A stretch of 63,444 bases of DNA, counting the filler, from Reticulomyxa filosa (taxonomy: Eukaryota > Protista > Foraminifera), in the NCBI GenBank assembly GCA_000512085.1. It is 21 parts of 21 records of this genome, joined end to end, with 100 filler letters (N's around TTAATTAATTAA, not from the genome) between each part and the next. Parts side by side here need not be neighbours in the genome. Positions count along the whole stretch, not along the records: positions 9,866 to 17,738 come from ASPP01037079.1; positions 17,839 to 21,280 come from ASPP01001213.1; positions 21,381 to 23,323 come from ASPP01004115.1; 18 more parts are not named here. One strand, written 5' to 3'. The notes under the pieces are model-generated. The model had not been told where the DNA came from. It searched no databases and worked only from the letters and a program-made list of their open reading frames with translations. The position numbers and the translations under genes are program-made. Below are positions 11,617-21,471 of this stretch, in pieces. The stretch's first letter is position 1, and the number at the start of each line of letters is the position of its first letter.

Positions 11617-11804
11617 CTTTCATATTCACACCTACAAGCTGGACAGATTATTTTTTGGATGCTCTTATATTAAGTGCAGAAGAAGCCTATAATATAAGAA
11701 AGTTACTTGATATAACATTGGGCAGATCTCTAACATTGTCACTAGCCCGCTACGCAGATGCATTGAAACAAGTAAACTCATTATAGGTGGATGCAAATTT
11801 AAAA

Positions 11805-11834
11805 ATTTGAAAAATCTATCGTTCAGTTAAGTGT
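11805..11834 (+). repeat. 30-bp inverted repeat, left copy (recombination-site-like)
   Basis: ATTTGAAAAATCTATCGTTCAGTTAAGTGT is 29/30 identical to the reverse complement of 14502-14531. Confidence 0.93.
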
Positions 11835-11893
11835 TGTTACTGGGTTTTAACCGCTATTACGAATCTGACTAAATATGTGTATAATTATTCATT

Positions 11894-11947
11894 ATGGATA
11901 AGTTATATAGTATAGGAGAGGCTGCTAAATATTTAGGAGTTTCGGCT
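11894..11947 (+). pseudogene. MerR-type HTH N-terminal remnant, IS607 TnpA (serine recombinase)-like
   Basis: MDKLYSIGEAAKYLGVS, after which similarity is lost; TATAAT lies just upstream at about 11880. Confidence 0.55.
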
Positions 11948-11972
11948 TATCATCTGATATATAACATTATTC

Positions 11973-12001
11973 TTGACAGCATACACCTATCGGTTTACGT
12001 T
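11973..12001 (+). promoter_or_regulatory. Putative sigma70 promoter of parA
   Basis: TTGACA - 17 bp - TACGTT, 30 bp upstream of ATG 12032; overlapped by an inverted GGTTTAC / GTAAACC pair (11992, 12025). Confidence 0.5.
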
Positions 12002-12031
12002 TCTCTATAAAATTATGACCGATTGTAAACC

Positions 12032-12987
12032 ATGATTCCAAAAATTACTATCACAGATATTGCCACTACGCTCAATATTACTCGACAAGCAGTATTAAAA
12101 AAGCTAAAAACATTAAATATTACCTATAATTTATCCTCTAACAAGAGTTATTTAACCCATTGCTAAGCACGAAGTTTTTTTAATTATAAAAGAAAAAACA
12201 AGTCATCTCCATTCAAATTGTAAAAGGAGGTTCTGGAAAAACTGCTATTGCTCTAAACCTTGCTATAAGAGCCAGTTTATACGGTGAAAAAGTTTTACTA
12301 ATCGATTTAGATCAGCAGGCTAATTTAACTGATGGCTTTAAAAATTTTAAATTAGAAAACAAACTCACATTCTATGATATACTAAAATCAGGGGTTAGTC
12401 CAAAAGATTGTATTTTGAAAATTTTAGATGGCATTGATCTTATACCAAGTAAGATCGATAACGCATTACTAGACGATTTAATGTTATTTGCTAATTCGCC
12501 AATAAATACTGTTTACAAAGATATTATCAATCAAATTAAAGAGGAATATGATTTGATATTAATTGATTACCCTCCCGCTTTAGGCAGGTCTGTTGGGGCT
12601 GCGGCGATGGCGTCAGATTATATAATAGCTCCTGTAACTCCTGACCAGGCTTGCATTAGAGGGTTGGGAATTCTAGATCAACAACTTTCATTGCTGTCAA
12701 AAAAGTACGGTGGCTCCTCAGTTCCTTATAGGATAATTTATAATAAATATGATGGAAGAACGTTACTTTCAAGGAAAATAATCTCAGCTCTATTTGAACA
12801 TGCAAGTTATAAAGATCGTCTTTTTTCTTCTTATATCAGGAGCAATCAAACATTTGCAAATGATTATAGCAAAGGGGTTTCAATATACGATACCGTACAA
12901 AGTAACTCTGCCCAAGAAGATATTGACTTATTAGCAAGAGAAATATTGGACATTCCTTTCATACCAGAAAAGGAAGCTAATTTATAA
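12032..12987 (+). pseudogene. parA: Plasmid-type ParA partition ATPase with N-terminal HTH, disrupted (TAA at 12164, frameshift near 12185)
   Basis: N-terminal HTH MIPKITITDIATTLNITRQAVLKKLK; deviant Walker A KGGSGKT (12223-12243); VLLIDLDQQANLT; Walker B YDLILIDYPP; NKYDGRT. Confidence 0.9.
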
Positions 12988-12999
12988 AACAGGTCTTAT

Positions 13000-14344
13000 A
13001 TGCCAGTTCTCAATAAACTTAATCTACAATTAAAAAAAGACGACGATATAGAAAATATTTGGGATGTATTTGATGCTCATAGTAAAAAGATAGCAAAATC
13101 TCATAAATTTGTAAACAATCTAAGTAACAACTTGGGTAACAACTTGGGTAACAGATTTCTTTCATATACTGGTGGGAAATTTTACTTGTTTTTATGTGAA
13201 AATTTACTTAATAAGCAAAGCTTAATTTCGAAGCAAATTTCATTGGCTGAGTATTGCCGCAACTCTCATACCAGGCTCACTTCATTCAAAATTATCTTAC
13301 GTCGGTTAAAGACGAAAAATATATTAAAAGTTATCGAGTCTAAATCTGGAAATTATGGTTATGTTAAATTTCAACTTGAGAGAGATTTCTACTTAAAATT
13401 CCTTAAAAATTTAACAACTACTAATTACTATAATAATAATATACTTAAGAGGGAGAGAGTGCAGAGAGAGGGAGAAAAAAAAGAAGAAATAAAGCAAGAG
13501 AAGGAAAATGAGATAAAAAATGAACAGTTAAAAAATGATATACAGAAGAGTGAATCAGAAAAAGTGATAAGTTCCTTGATACTTAAATTTGAAGACTTAC
13601 CAGAAGAATGGAAAACGATTAATATCCATTTATTGGAAGAATGGCAGTTTAAAGAGCATCATCTTGTGAGTTTTATACAAACTTAATGTATTACCAGCAA
13701 GCGTTATTAAGGAATCGATAGAACACTTTGCATATGGAATAAAGCATAATAAGGAGAATTATCAAAAGTACAGCGATCCATTGAAGGTATTAATAGGGAG
13801 GTTAAGGAAAGGAGAAGCATGGATAGAATCAAGTTATAGGAGTAAGGAAGAGCTTGCAACATTGGCGTTCATAAGAAGAAAAAAAGAAGAAAAGATTAAA
13901 AGTTTATCTGCATTATGTAATTTGGTTGATACACTAGAGGTAGATAATTACAGGCAATGGTATGCAAAACTAAAAGAAGAAGAAAAAAGGAAAATAAAGC
14001 TGGAATATAGGGATCAAGATTTGTATGAAGGAATTGGAGAAGCTGTCTTTAAGGTGCATTATGTCAAAAAAGTCCTAAAAGAAGAGAGGAGTGCAGAAGA
14101 GATGGCATTGGAGATTTATCTGAGGGAGAAAGAGTTGAGGGATAATGCAGAGGATGAGAGATTAAGAAGCAAGATGGAAGAAGGTGGTTTATTGCAAAAA
14201 TATTACAATTGGCTTAATAGCTTAAGTAAAACAATGATGAGAGAATTGATTGGAGGAGAGAAAATTGAGAATGGCGAAATGACAAAAGAAGGAGATAAGA
14301 AGCTCAAACAATATTATCTTAAACATGAATTAAAAATACTCTAA
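13000..14344 (+). CDS. Putative plasmid replication initiator downstream of parA; one gene split by a +1 T-run frameshift at about 13672
   Basis: ORFs 13000-13686 and 13781-14344 join via LYKLNVLPASVIKESIEHFAYGIKHNKENYQKYSDPLKVLIGRLRKGEAW. There is a winged-helix-like segment (IILRRLKTKNILKVIESKSGNYGYVKFQL), and the gene starts 12 bp after parA. The Rep function is inferred. Confidence 0.55.
13111..13158 (+). repeat. 4 x 12-bp intragenic tandem repeat (iteron-like)
   Basis: GTAAACAATCTA / AGTAACAACTTG / GGTAACAACTTG / GGTAACAGATTT. Confidence 0.75.
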
Positions 14345-14501
14345 GCAAGCAGAGAAAAAACTAAAACAATAAAAATCACCTCTATTCCATGATTCAAATA
14401 CCGTTTAAATTGATTTTGAGGCTCCTTTTAGAGGGAAATGAATGACTCTGGCTTAAACCCCCCCACAACTTCTTTAAAGGTTTGCAATACATATACAAAC
14501 A

Positions 14502-14531
14502 ACACTTAACTGAACGATAGGTTTTTCAAAT
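14502..14531 (-). repeat. 30-bp inverted repeat, right copy
   Basis: ACACTTAACTGAACGATAGGTTTTTCAAAT; its reverse complement matches 11805-11834 at 29/30. Confidence 0.93.
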
Positions 14532-14532
14532 C

Positions 14533-14679
14533 TTGTTCGTTACTATACTTGGTGTGCTAAGTGTGGAGTTAATCTTTGGAATTGCCAGTTTCTTTGGTAT
14601 AGGTGCAAGCGTTATAGGTGTGCTTGCTGGTATACTTTTATTGTATTGGTATTCATCAGACATTAAACGGGACAAATAA
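14533..14679 (+). pseudogene. Small hydrophobic ORF or C-terminal fragment of a membrane protein starting at the right inverted repeat
   Basis: LFVTILGVLSVELIFGIASFFGIGASVIGVLAGILLLYWYSSDIKRDK*. The frame is closed upstream by a TAG inside the repeat, and a hairpin follows the stop. Confidence 0.45.
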
Positions 14680-14692
14680 GAATCTTAAGTAA

Positions 14693-14722
14693 ACAATCCC
14701 CGCTGTTTGCAACGGGGATTGT
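14693..14722. terminator. GC-rich hairpin, probable intrinsic terminator
   Basis: ACAATCCCCG-CTGTTTGCAA-CGGGGATTGT is a perfect 10-bp stem just after the stop at 14679; the U-tract is weak on the plus strand. Confidence 0.55.
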
Positions 14723-14744
14723 AACAACACAAACAATAACATGA

Positions 14745-15101
14745 ATGAAGAGTGAAAAATTCTATGAAGATTTATTAAACTACCCTGTCCCTGTTGATTG
14801 GAGGATTATTAAGTTACTAAGGTACAGCTCTTTTGCGCTCGATATATATTTTTGGCTTACATACAGGATTAGTTATATGATTGAAGAAGTGTATATACCA
14901 TTGAAAAGTCTAATGCATCAGTTTGGCACAGGTTATAAGAATGACTACAGAGGCAGATATGAATTTAAAAGATCTTTTAAATTACAATTAAGAAAAATTA
15001 AAGTAATATGGCAAGCTCTCAATGTAAATATTGATGAAAAAGAGAATAATCTTGTTATAAAACCTTCTTCTAGCCTTATAAAGAGACAACTAAAACTATA
15101 A
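14745..15101 (+). pseudogene. repA: Plasmid replication protein RepA (RepA_C family), C-terminal part only
   Basis: SEKFYEDLLNYPVPVDWRIIKLLRYSSFALDIYFWLTYR...LMHQFGTGY...FKRSFKLQLRKIKVIW matches the PVP.D / ALD.Y.WLTYR / QFG motifs; the N-terminal portion is missing. Confidence 0.85.
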
Positions 15102-15199
15102 ATTAAACGCAATATTTCTAAAAAATAGGCACTTGACTTTACTTAGTCAGTTGAGTAAAAAGTAGCGAAAACTAGGTAACTGAAAAATATAGGTGAAGT

Positions 15200-16213
15200 A
15201 TGGCAAACATTGGTGTTGAAGAAAAGAATGAAAATACAGTAATAAAAGCTGAGGCTACACAAAAAACAGAACGCGAAGCAATGATGAACCCAGAAACTGA
15301 GCCATTAAAGAAAATGAGCGATACACAGCAAGGAAGAGATGATGCAGAGATAAAAAAAATGATAAAAGAAAAAATCACAGCAGTAAAAAAACTTAGGCAT
15401 TCGAAAAAGAAAAGAATGGAATTTCAAGAAGCTGCAAAAATGGTAAAAGAAAAAGAAAGGGCATTTGGAGAAGCTGAAGCAATCGTAAAAGAAAAGGAAA
15501 TGGCAGTAGAAAAAGCTAAAGCAATTGTAAAAGAAAAGTTAACAACAGTAGAGAATTCGCATGTTTTATTGGAAGCCAAAAAAGTAGCATTTCAAGAAGC
15601 TGAAGCACTAGTCAAAGAAAAAGAAATAATAGCAGAAAAAGCTAAAGCAATTGTAAAAGAAAAATTAGTAACAGTAGAAGAAGCAACCAAAATACTGGAA
15701 GCAAGCAAAATAGCACTCAAAGAAGCTGAAAAAGTGGCAACCGAAAAAGAAATAGCAGCAGAGAAGGAAAAAACAAGTGCTGGATTAGAAGAGAAAAAAA
15801 TAACAGTGAAAGAAGCTGCGACATTAACAAAAGAAAAGTTAATAGCAGTAGAAAAAGCTATAATTGTACTGAAAGAAAAAGAAACAGCTGTAGCGGAAGC
15901 AAAAGTTGTAATGAGTAAAAAAGCAACAGCTGTAGCGGAAGCGAAGCTTGCAATGAATGAAAAAGGAACAGCTGTAGCGGAAGCAAATTTAGCAATTGTA
16001 AAAGAAGACGTTAATTCTGTAGTAAAAGCAACGGAGCTAACAGAAGAATTGATTAAAATAACGGGAAAGATTGATGATTTTGTGATAACAGAACAAACGC
16101 CTGTAAATCTAGTAAAAATAAAGGAAAGTATTGATAATTTCGTGGGAGGAAAAGAAGCAACGGAGCTTCTAATGTGGTATAATGGTCAAGAAGAAATGCA
16201 TCAAGACTTATAA
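15200..16213 (+). CDS. Intact 337-aa Ala/Glu/Lys-rich coiled-coil protein built from about 14 x 14-aa repeats
   Basis: AGGTGA RBS upstream; units such as AFGEAEAIVKEKEM, AVEKAKAIVKEKLT, AFQEAEALVKEKEI and AVAEAKVVMSKKAT. Confidence 0.85.
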   Translation: MANIGVEEKNENTVIKAEATQKTEREAMMNPETEPLKKMSDTQQGRDDAEIKKMIKEKITAVKKLRHSKKKRMEFQEAAKMVKEKERAFGEAEAIVKEKEMAVEKAKAIVKEKLTTVENSHVLLEAKKVAFQEAEALVKEKEIIAEKAKAIVKEKLVTVEEATKILEASKIALKEAEKVATEKEIAAEKEKTSAGLEEKKITVKEAATLTKEKLIAVEKAIIVLKEKETAVAEAKVVMSKKATAVAEAKLAMNEKGTAVAEANLAIVKEDVNSVVKATELTEELIKITGKIDDFVITEQTPVNLVKIKESIDNFVGGKEATELLMWYNGQEEMHQDL

Positions 16214-16251
16214 TCTCTCTCTTTGTTTTATATCTATTGAAAATAGAGGTC

Positions 16252-16279
16252 TTGATACTTTAGGAAAGAGTGATACAAT
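16252..16279 (+). promoter_or_regulatory. Putative sigma70 promoter with extended -10
   Basis: TTGATA - 16 bp - TACAAT with TG at the extended position; AAAGGA RBS and ATG at 16326 downstream. Confidence 0.55.
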
Positions 16280-16325
16280 AACAAGAGTAAAAATATAATT
16301 TATAATTTTATAAAAAGGAAAGTGC

Positions 16326-17738
16326 ATGGAAAATTGGGGTCATGAGGAACTTGGTTTTGATATTATAGAAGAAGCTGAGGCTGTGCAAAAAGAGTAAGTG
16401 AAGCATTAAAAAGATTCAAAGCTGTATTAGACTCAGTGGGTAAAACACAAGAAGAAACTAAAATTGCATTAGACTCAGCGACTAAAATGCGAGAAGAAAC
16501 TAAAATTGCACTAGACTCAGTGGATAAAATACTAGAAATGAGTAAGACTAGCCAACAAATTTTGACAGCATTAGAAGCATCTATAGAAAAAAGAATGGAA
16601 GCGTATCAAATTCATTTGGATGAAGGAGATGATGATCATAATATTACTCTTGCTCCTTCACTAGAGCAACCAGCTAGCTTATGGAATGAGGCACCGAATC
16701 CTCTGGAAATAAAATCAGCGGCCAGCTTACCATCAGACGAGCCAGTAAAGCTAGAAAGCGTATGGCGTTATAATATAAAACCATTTGAAAGTTCAGCTTC
16801 ATTTGAAGAAAAAAACTTGGATACTAGTGGACAAGATTCATTCTTTATACAAGCATATATTCCTAGTACAGAAGATATAAAGGGTTCGTTTAATTGGGCA
16901 TTGGTGGATTGCAAACAGCTTATACTACTTTCCACGATAGCAAGGCTTTTATACCTGTGAGTTCTGCTGTGTCTGGAGGATTAATAGCAGGTCTTCCTGG
17001 AGCAATTGTTACAGGCTTGGCAGGAGTGGCAGATGAAATAGCTATGTCGTATGGCTATACTAGTAAAGCATATATTGCCCCTACAGTTTTAAGTACAATG
17101 AGTGCATACAAAGCGGTTACGAAGCTATCGTCATTTTTATCAGGAAAAATTGAGCAAATAAACAAAGTAGCAGGTGACATAACCCAATATAAAATTGATG
17201 CAGCTATTGCTAATGATAAGGATTACCAATTTATGGCAGATTATCATGACGGGTATGGGAAATTAATTGAAGAAGTTAAAGGAGAAGAAGGGCTTTTGAA
17301 GTTTGCTGAGAATCTAGCGAAAGTAGCTAGAGAAGATGGGGATACAGCAGGTTTGAAAGAGGCTACTACTGCTATTGCATATGCTGAAGAGCAACTAAGT
17401 AAAAGGGCTCCATGGATTTATGAAAACAGATTCGAAGAGTCTGCAAAGAAAATGGAAGCTATTAAGAGTGGTTATGTTGAACAGCATGATGTAAGTGCGA
17501 ATGTTGGGTTGGCTGCAGCAAGGCTATTTGGTTTTGACGAACAGTATGCCGATACGTTTTTAAAAGTATACAACGTGGCTTCTAAGGTTTCTAATGGGAT
17601 AGGAGTATTGGATACAGTACTTAATTTCAATACCGAAAATGTATTAAGTGCAATTCCAGCTATATATACGGTAGGGAATGCTATTATGTCGTTTGCAACA
17701 GCTGCTCCAGTTGTATATGAAGAAATATACACTACTGC
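16326..17738 (+). CDS. Large bacterial hypothetical protein (frameshifts near 16390 and 16890; 3' truncated) with coiled-coil repeats and a Gly/Ala-rich hydrophobic segment
   Basis: MENWGHEELG... joins ORFs 16436-16960 and 16894 onward; contains SAVSGGLIAGLPGAIVTGLAGVADE. Confidence 0.65.
16427..16537 (+). repeat. 42-bp coding tandem repeat, about 2.6 copies (LDS..K..EETKIA)
   Basis: TTAGACTCAG...GAAGAAACTAAAATTGCA units start at 16427, 16469 and 16511. Confidence 0.9.
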
Positions 17739-19459
17739 NNNNNNNNNNNNNNNNNNNNNNNNNNNNNNNNNNNNNNNNNNNNTTAATTAATTAANNNNNN
17801 NNNNNNNNNNNNNNNNNNNNNNNNNNNNNNNNNNNNNNAAAAAAAAGGGATAAATGCTCAGACACTGCTACCAAATATCAATGCATTGTCCCTATCGATG
17901 AAATATTTCATTGTTGGAGACAGATCATGGAAACCAAGGATCAAAGTTGTCAAGTCAGCAGCGAAGTTTGTGATCGATACCAAAAGAAATATTTGAATAA
18001 TTTCAAGTTTTCTTTTTAAGGCAAATTTCAATCTCAACGGATAACTTTATTGTTTTTCTCTTAATTACTTTTGTGTGGACCAGTTGGTCATTATAAGATT
18101 TTGTGTGCTTTCTTTTGTTTTGTGTTTCTTTTTGAGTACTGTATTCTATTTCTTAGAACGAGCTGCTCTTGTAACTTGAAAGACCTGAGTTGTGCATGTA
18201 GAGATGGCAAGCACAATCTCTTTCAAAATACATCTTTTTAAGAAAAGTTAATATTAATGATAAATGTGATAAATATGAATTTTTTTTTTTGCATTAGTAT
18301 AAGAAAATTTGAAAAGTGACATAATTGTTGTAGTATGTAGTGAGTTTTATATGTGGTATTATTTATTTGGCATTCAAAAACAAAAAGAGTATAGCAATAT
18401 ATTAATTAAATAATAAATATATAAATGAATATTGCAATTGGATTCCTTAAAGTAGCAAAATTTATGAAAGAAAAAATTAGAAATGAAGCTACATTAATTA
18501 GGAATTCGTAGTATTACATTTGTATGATTACAAAAACAAGGACTCAGAGTATTCGGTTGATCAGCGCTCCTGCAATCTCTCCTGACAATCCACAGTGAAA
18601 AGCCAAAATTTTTTTTCACACGCTCGTTTTTAACTAGTATAAGATCTTAATTCTAGCTAAAAAAAAGTAAACATATATTTAGCTGCTTCTGATCAAATTT
18701 TGTTTTATATTGAACTTTGTAATATAATCTGCTAATATTGTTCTGAAATACTTGTATATCATTTGCCTATTAGTATTCTCAATGTTAATCTCACATATTT
18801 ATCTATTTACAATCCTCATCTGTATAATGTTATGCTAATTGATTATAAGAATAATTGTAATACTTATTTAATCTATTTTAATTCGCACCTAAGCGATAGA
18901 TTTATATTATGCTATCTTTTGTTGTTATATTTTATTTTCTTATATTAGCCATTTTCTTTGTATTTTGCAACATCAAATAGCAACAGCAGCGAAAAACTAT
19001 TTCCACACTGATTTAATTGTGCTAGTTTGAATTATTACATCTCCATTCATTATTAATTTAATACCAAGTTTTTCTATTGATTTGCCAATAAATTACATTG
19101 CATATAATCTATTGAATGCATATTCGTCATAAAACGCAGGTTTGTTCACTTAGATAGTTCTTATTTCTGCGTTTTGCTGTTTCGTAATTTGTCATCCACA
19201 TATTTTTTGGGACAGTCACGAACAATATAGTTCATATATAGTTTTTTTGATTGTTGAAATGATATTTTGAACGTGTTTGTTCTTATCAAACAGCTGCGAG
19301 ACTAAAAATATTTGATATTTATCCTAATTTCAACATGTAGCATGTCAAAATTGCTAACAAATGATTCGAATTATTCAAAAAGTAATTTATTTTTTATATT
19401 CACACAAAAAATAGTTTCCATTTGTTTAAGGTGACAACTGTTCGAAATTAATTTGTGAT

Positions 19460-21280
19460 TTATAAGAGTCCCCATAATCGAATTGTTTGATCGTAAGAAT
19501 AAGACACAATCACGTTATCCTCTGGTGAAATATCAAAGCTTGTTATATCATTTGAATGTCCTTCTAATACTTGAACCTCCGTTCCAAATTTGATGTCCCA
19601 TAATCGGATTGTCTTATCTTTTGAACATGATATAATAGTTTGACCATCATGTGAAAATTTCACATCAGTAACAACGTGTTTGTGTACTTTCCATTTATGC
19701 ACTTCTCGTGCTGTTTTTACATTCCATAACCTGATTGTTTTATCACTTGAGCAAGAGGTGATAAATAAACCGTCTGGGGAAAATCGAGCTTTCAATACAT
19801 TGTTTGAATGGCCTCGTAGTTCTTTTATTCTTTCACCTGACCTTACGTCCCATATTCCAATTGTTTGATCCTCTGCAGAGGATACGATTGTTTGTCCATC
19901 TGGTGAAAATTGTACATCGTTGATAGTTGAATTTCCTTCTAGTCTTTTTAGTGTTTCCCCAGACCGTACTTCCCATAATCGAATTGTTTTGTCGTATGAA
20001 CTTGACACGATATTTTTGTTGTCTGGTGAAAATTGAGCACTTGTTACACAACCTAAATGTCCTTCAAGTTTTCTTATTTCCCGCTGTGATGTAACGTCCC
20101 ATAATCGAATTGTTTTATCTCGTGATGCTGATAAGATTGTCCTTCCATCTGATGAAAATTGTGCACTTCTAACCTCATCTAAATGTCCCCGTAATACTTG
20201 AATTTCTTTATCCAATTTTACATCCCATATCCGAATTGTGCTATCTTTGGAGGAGCAAATAACTTTGTTCCCATCTGATGAAAACTGTATACTGTTCACG
20301 ATATCAGAATGCACTTGCCATGCTTGTAGTTGCTGGAAGTATTTCATCTGTTGTGTTTCAATTGTTGAATATAACACCAAAGAATAAAAGTGAGATCAAA
20401 AAAAAAAAGAAATAACCAAAATATATCGTGAAATGATCATGTTAAAATCACGAATCCATCCTATTTTGATAAACAATGACCGATTCCAGTATTCAATTAT
20501 CAGTTCAATGGTTTTTCGTTTCTTGTATTGTTTTATTACAAATTCAAATATGCTTTGGTTTGAAAACCTACATTAGTCAAACACAAAAAAAATCAAGCCA
20601 ACTTTGTTTAGCTCGTTTATTTGAAGTGCTTGTGCTACGCCTTTTATTTGTTCAATTTCTATTTTTTCATTCTCTTCTGCAAGCCATTGTTTTTCTTTTT
20701 CTGTCCTTTCTTGCATCCAATCATCTACTTTTGTCTTGATATGCCTTGATACAACTTTATTTTCGTCACTTCTTCCGCCGAGGATATGAAAATACTTTTT
20801 GTCTTCACTCAATAGCCCAACACAGCCATACAATGGAGTGGGTAAAGTGTATTCAAATTTTATCCATTGTTTTTCTATCATTGAATATATATGCACTGCA
20901 TTTAAAACAGCAACATCAGCACCACCAAATCCACCAAAAAATAAAATGACATCATTAACACAAACATGTGCATAGGCATAAAACAATCGAATTGTTGAAC
21001 AAACGCGCAATTTGCTTATTACAAAAAAATTGCTGTCTTCATAATATTCAATTGTTAATCCCGTTTTCCAACAAACCAACACCATTTCGTTCTTTTTTTT
21101 ATTTTCATTGATTCGTGTGCCTGTCGTTAGATCGTTCCCTGCTTTTGATATAAAACAATGATATCGTATATAATTATCAGTCGGTAAAGTACTGTGTGCA
21201 ACAAATTTGAATTTGTTCAAATCAAATACATCAATATGCTTTGGAGAGTAAGTAATGAATAATAAATGATTGTTGCTTCC
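19460..21280 (-). CDS. Kelch-like + linker motif + 7-blade WD40 protein (5' partial)
   Basis: Kelch-type exon (ILFFGG...VHIYSMIEKQW...HILGG); exon 20417-20521 (TIELIIEYWNRSLFIKIGWIRDFN); exon 19460-20347 with seven GH...FS.DG...S.D.TIRLWD repeats. Confidence 0.9.
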
Positions 21281-21471
21281 NNNNNNNNNNNNNNNNNNNN
21301 NNNNNNNNNNNNNNNNNNNNNNNNTTAATTAATTAANNNNNNNNNNNNNNNNNNNNNNNNNNNNNNNNNNNNNNNNNNNNAAAAAAATACATTGAATGAG
21401 CTATATTGTGGTAAAAAAAAAAAAAAAAATGTAATCATAATATCTAGTACACAGTCAAGAACACAATTCTT

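Noticed and set aside
16427-16537. Repeat-spacer-like pattern suggesting a mini CRISPR array
   Set aside because: The units are in-frame 42-bp coding repeats with homologous intervening bases, and no cas genes are present.
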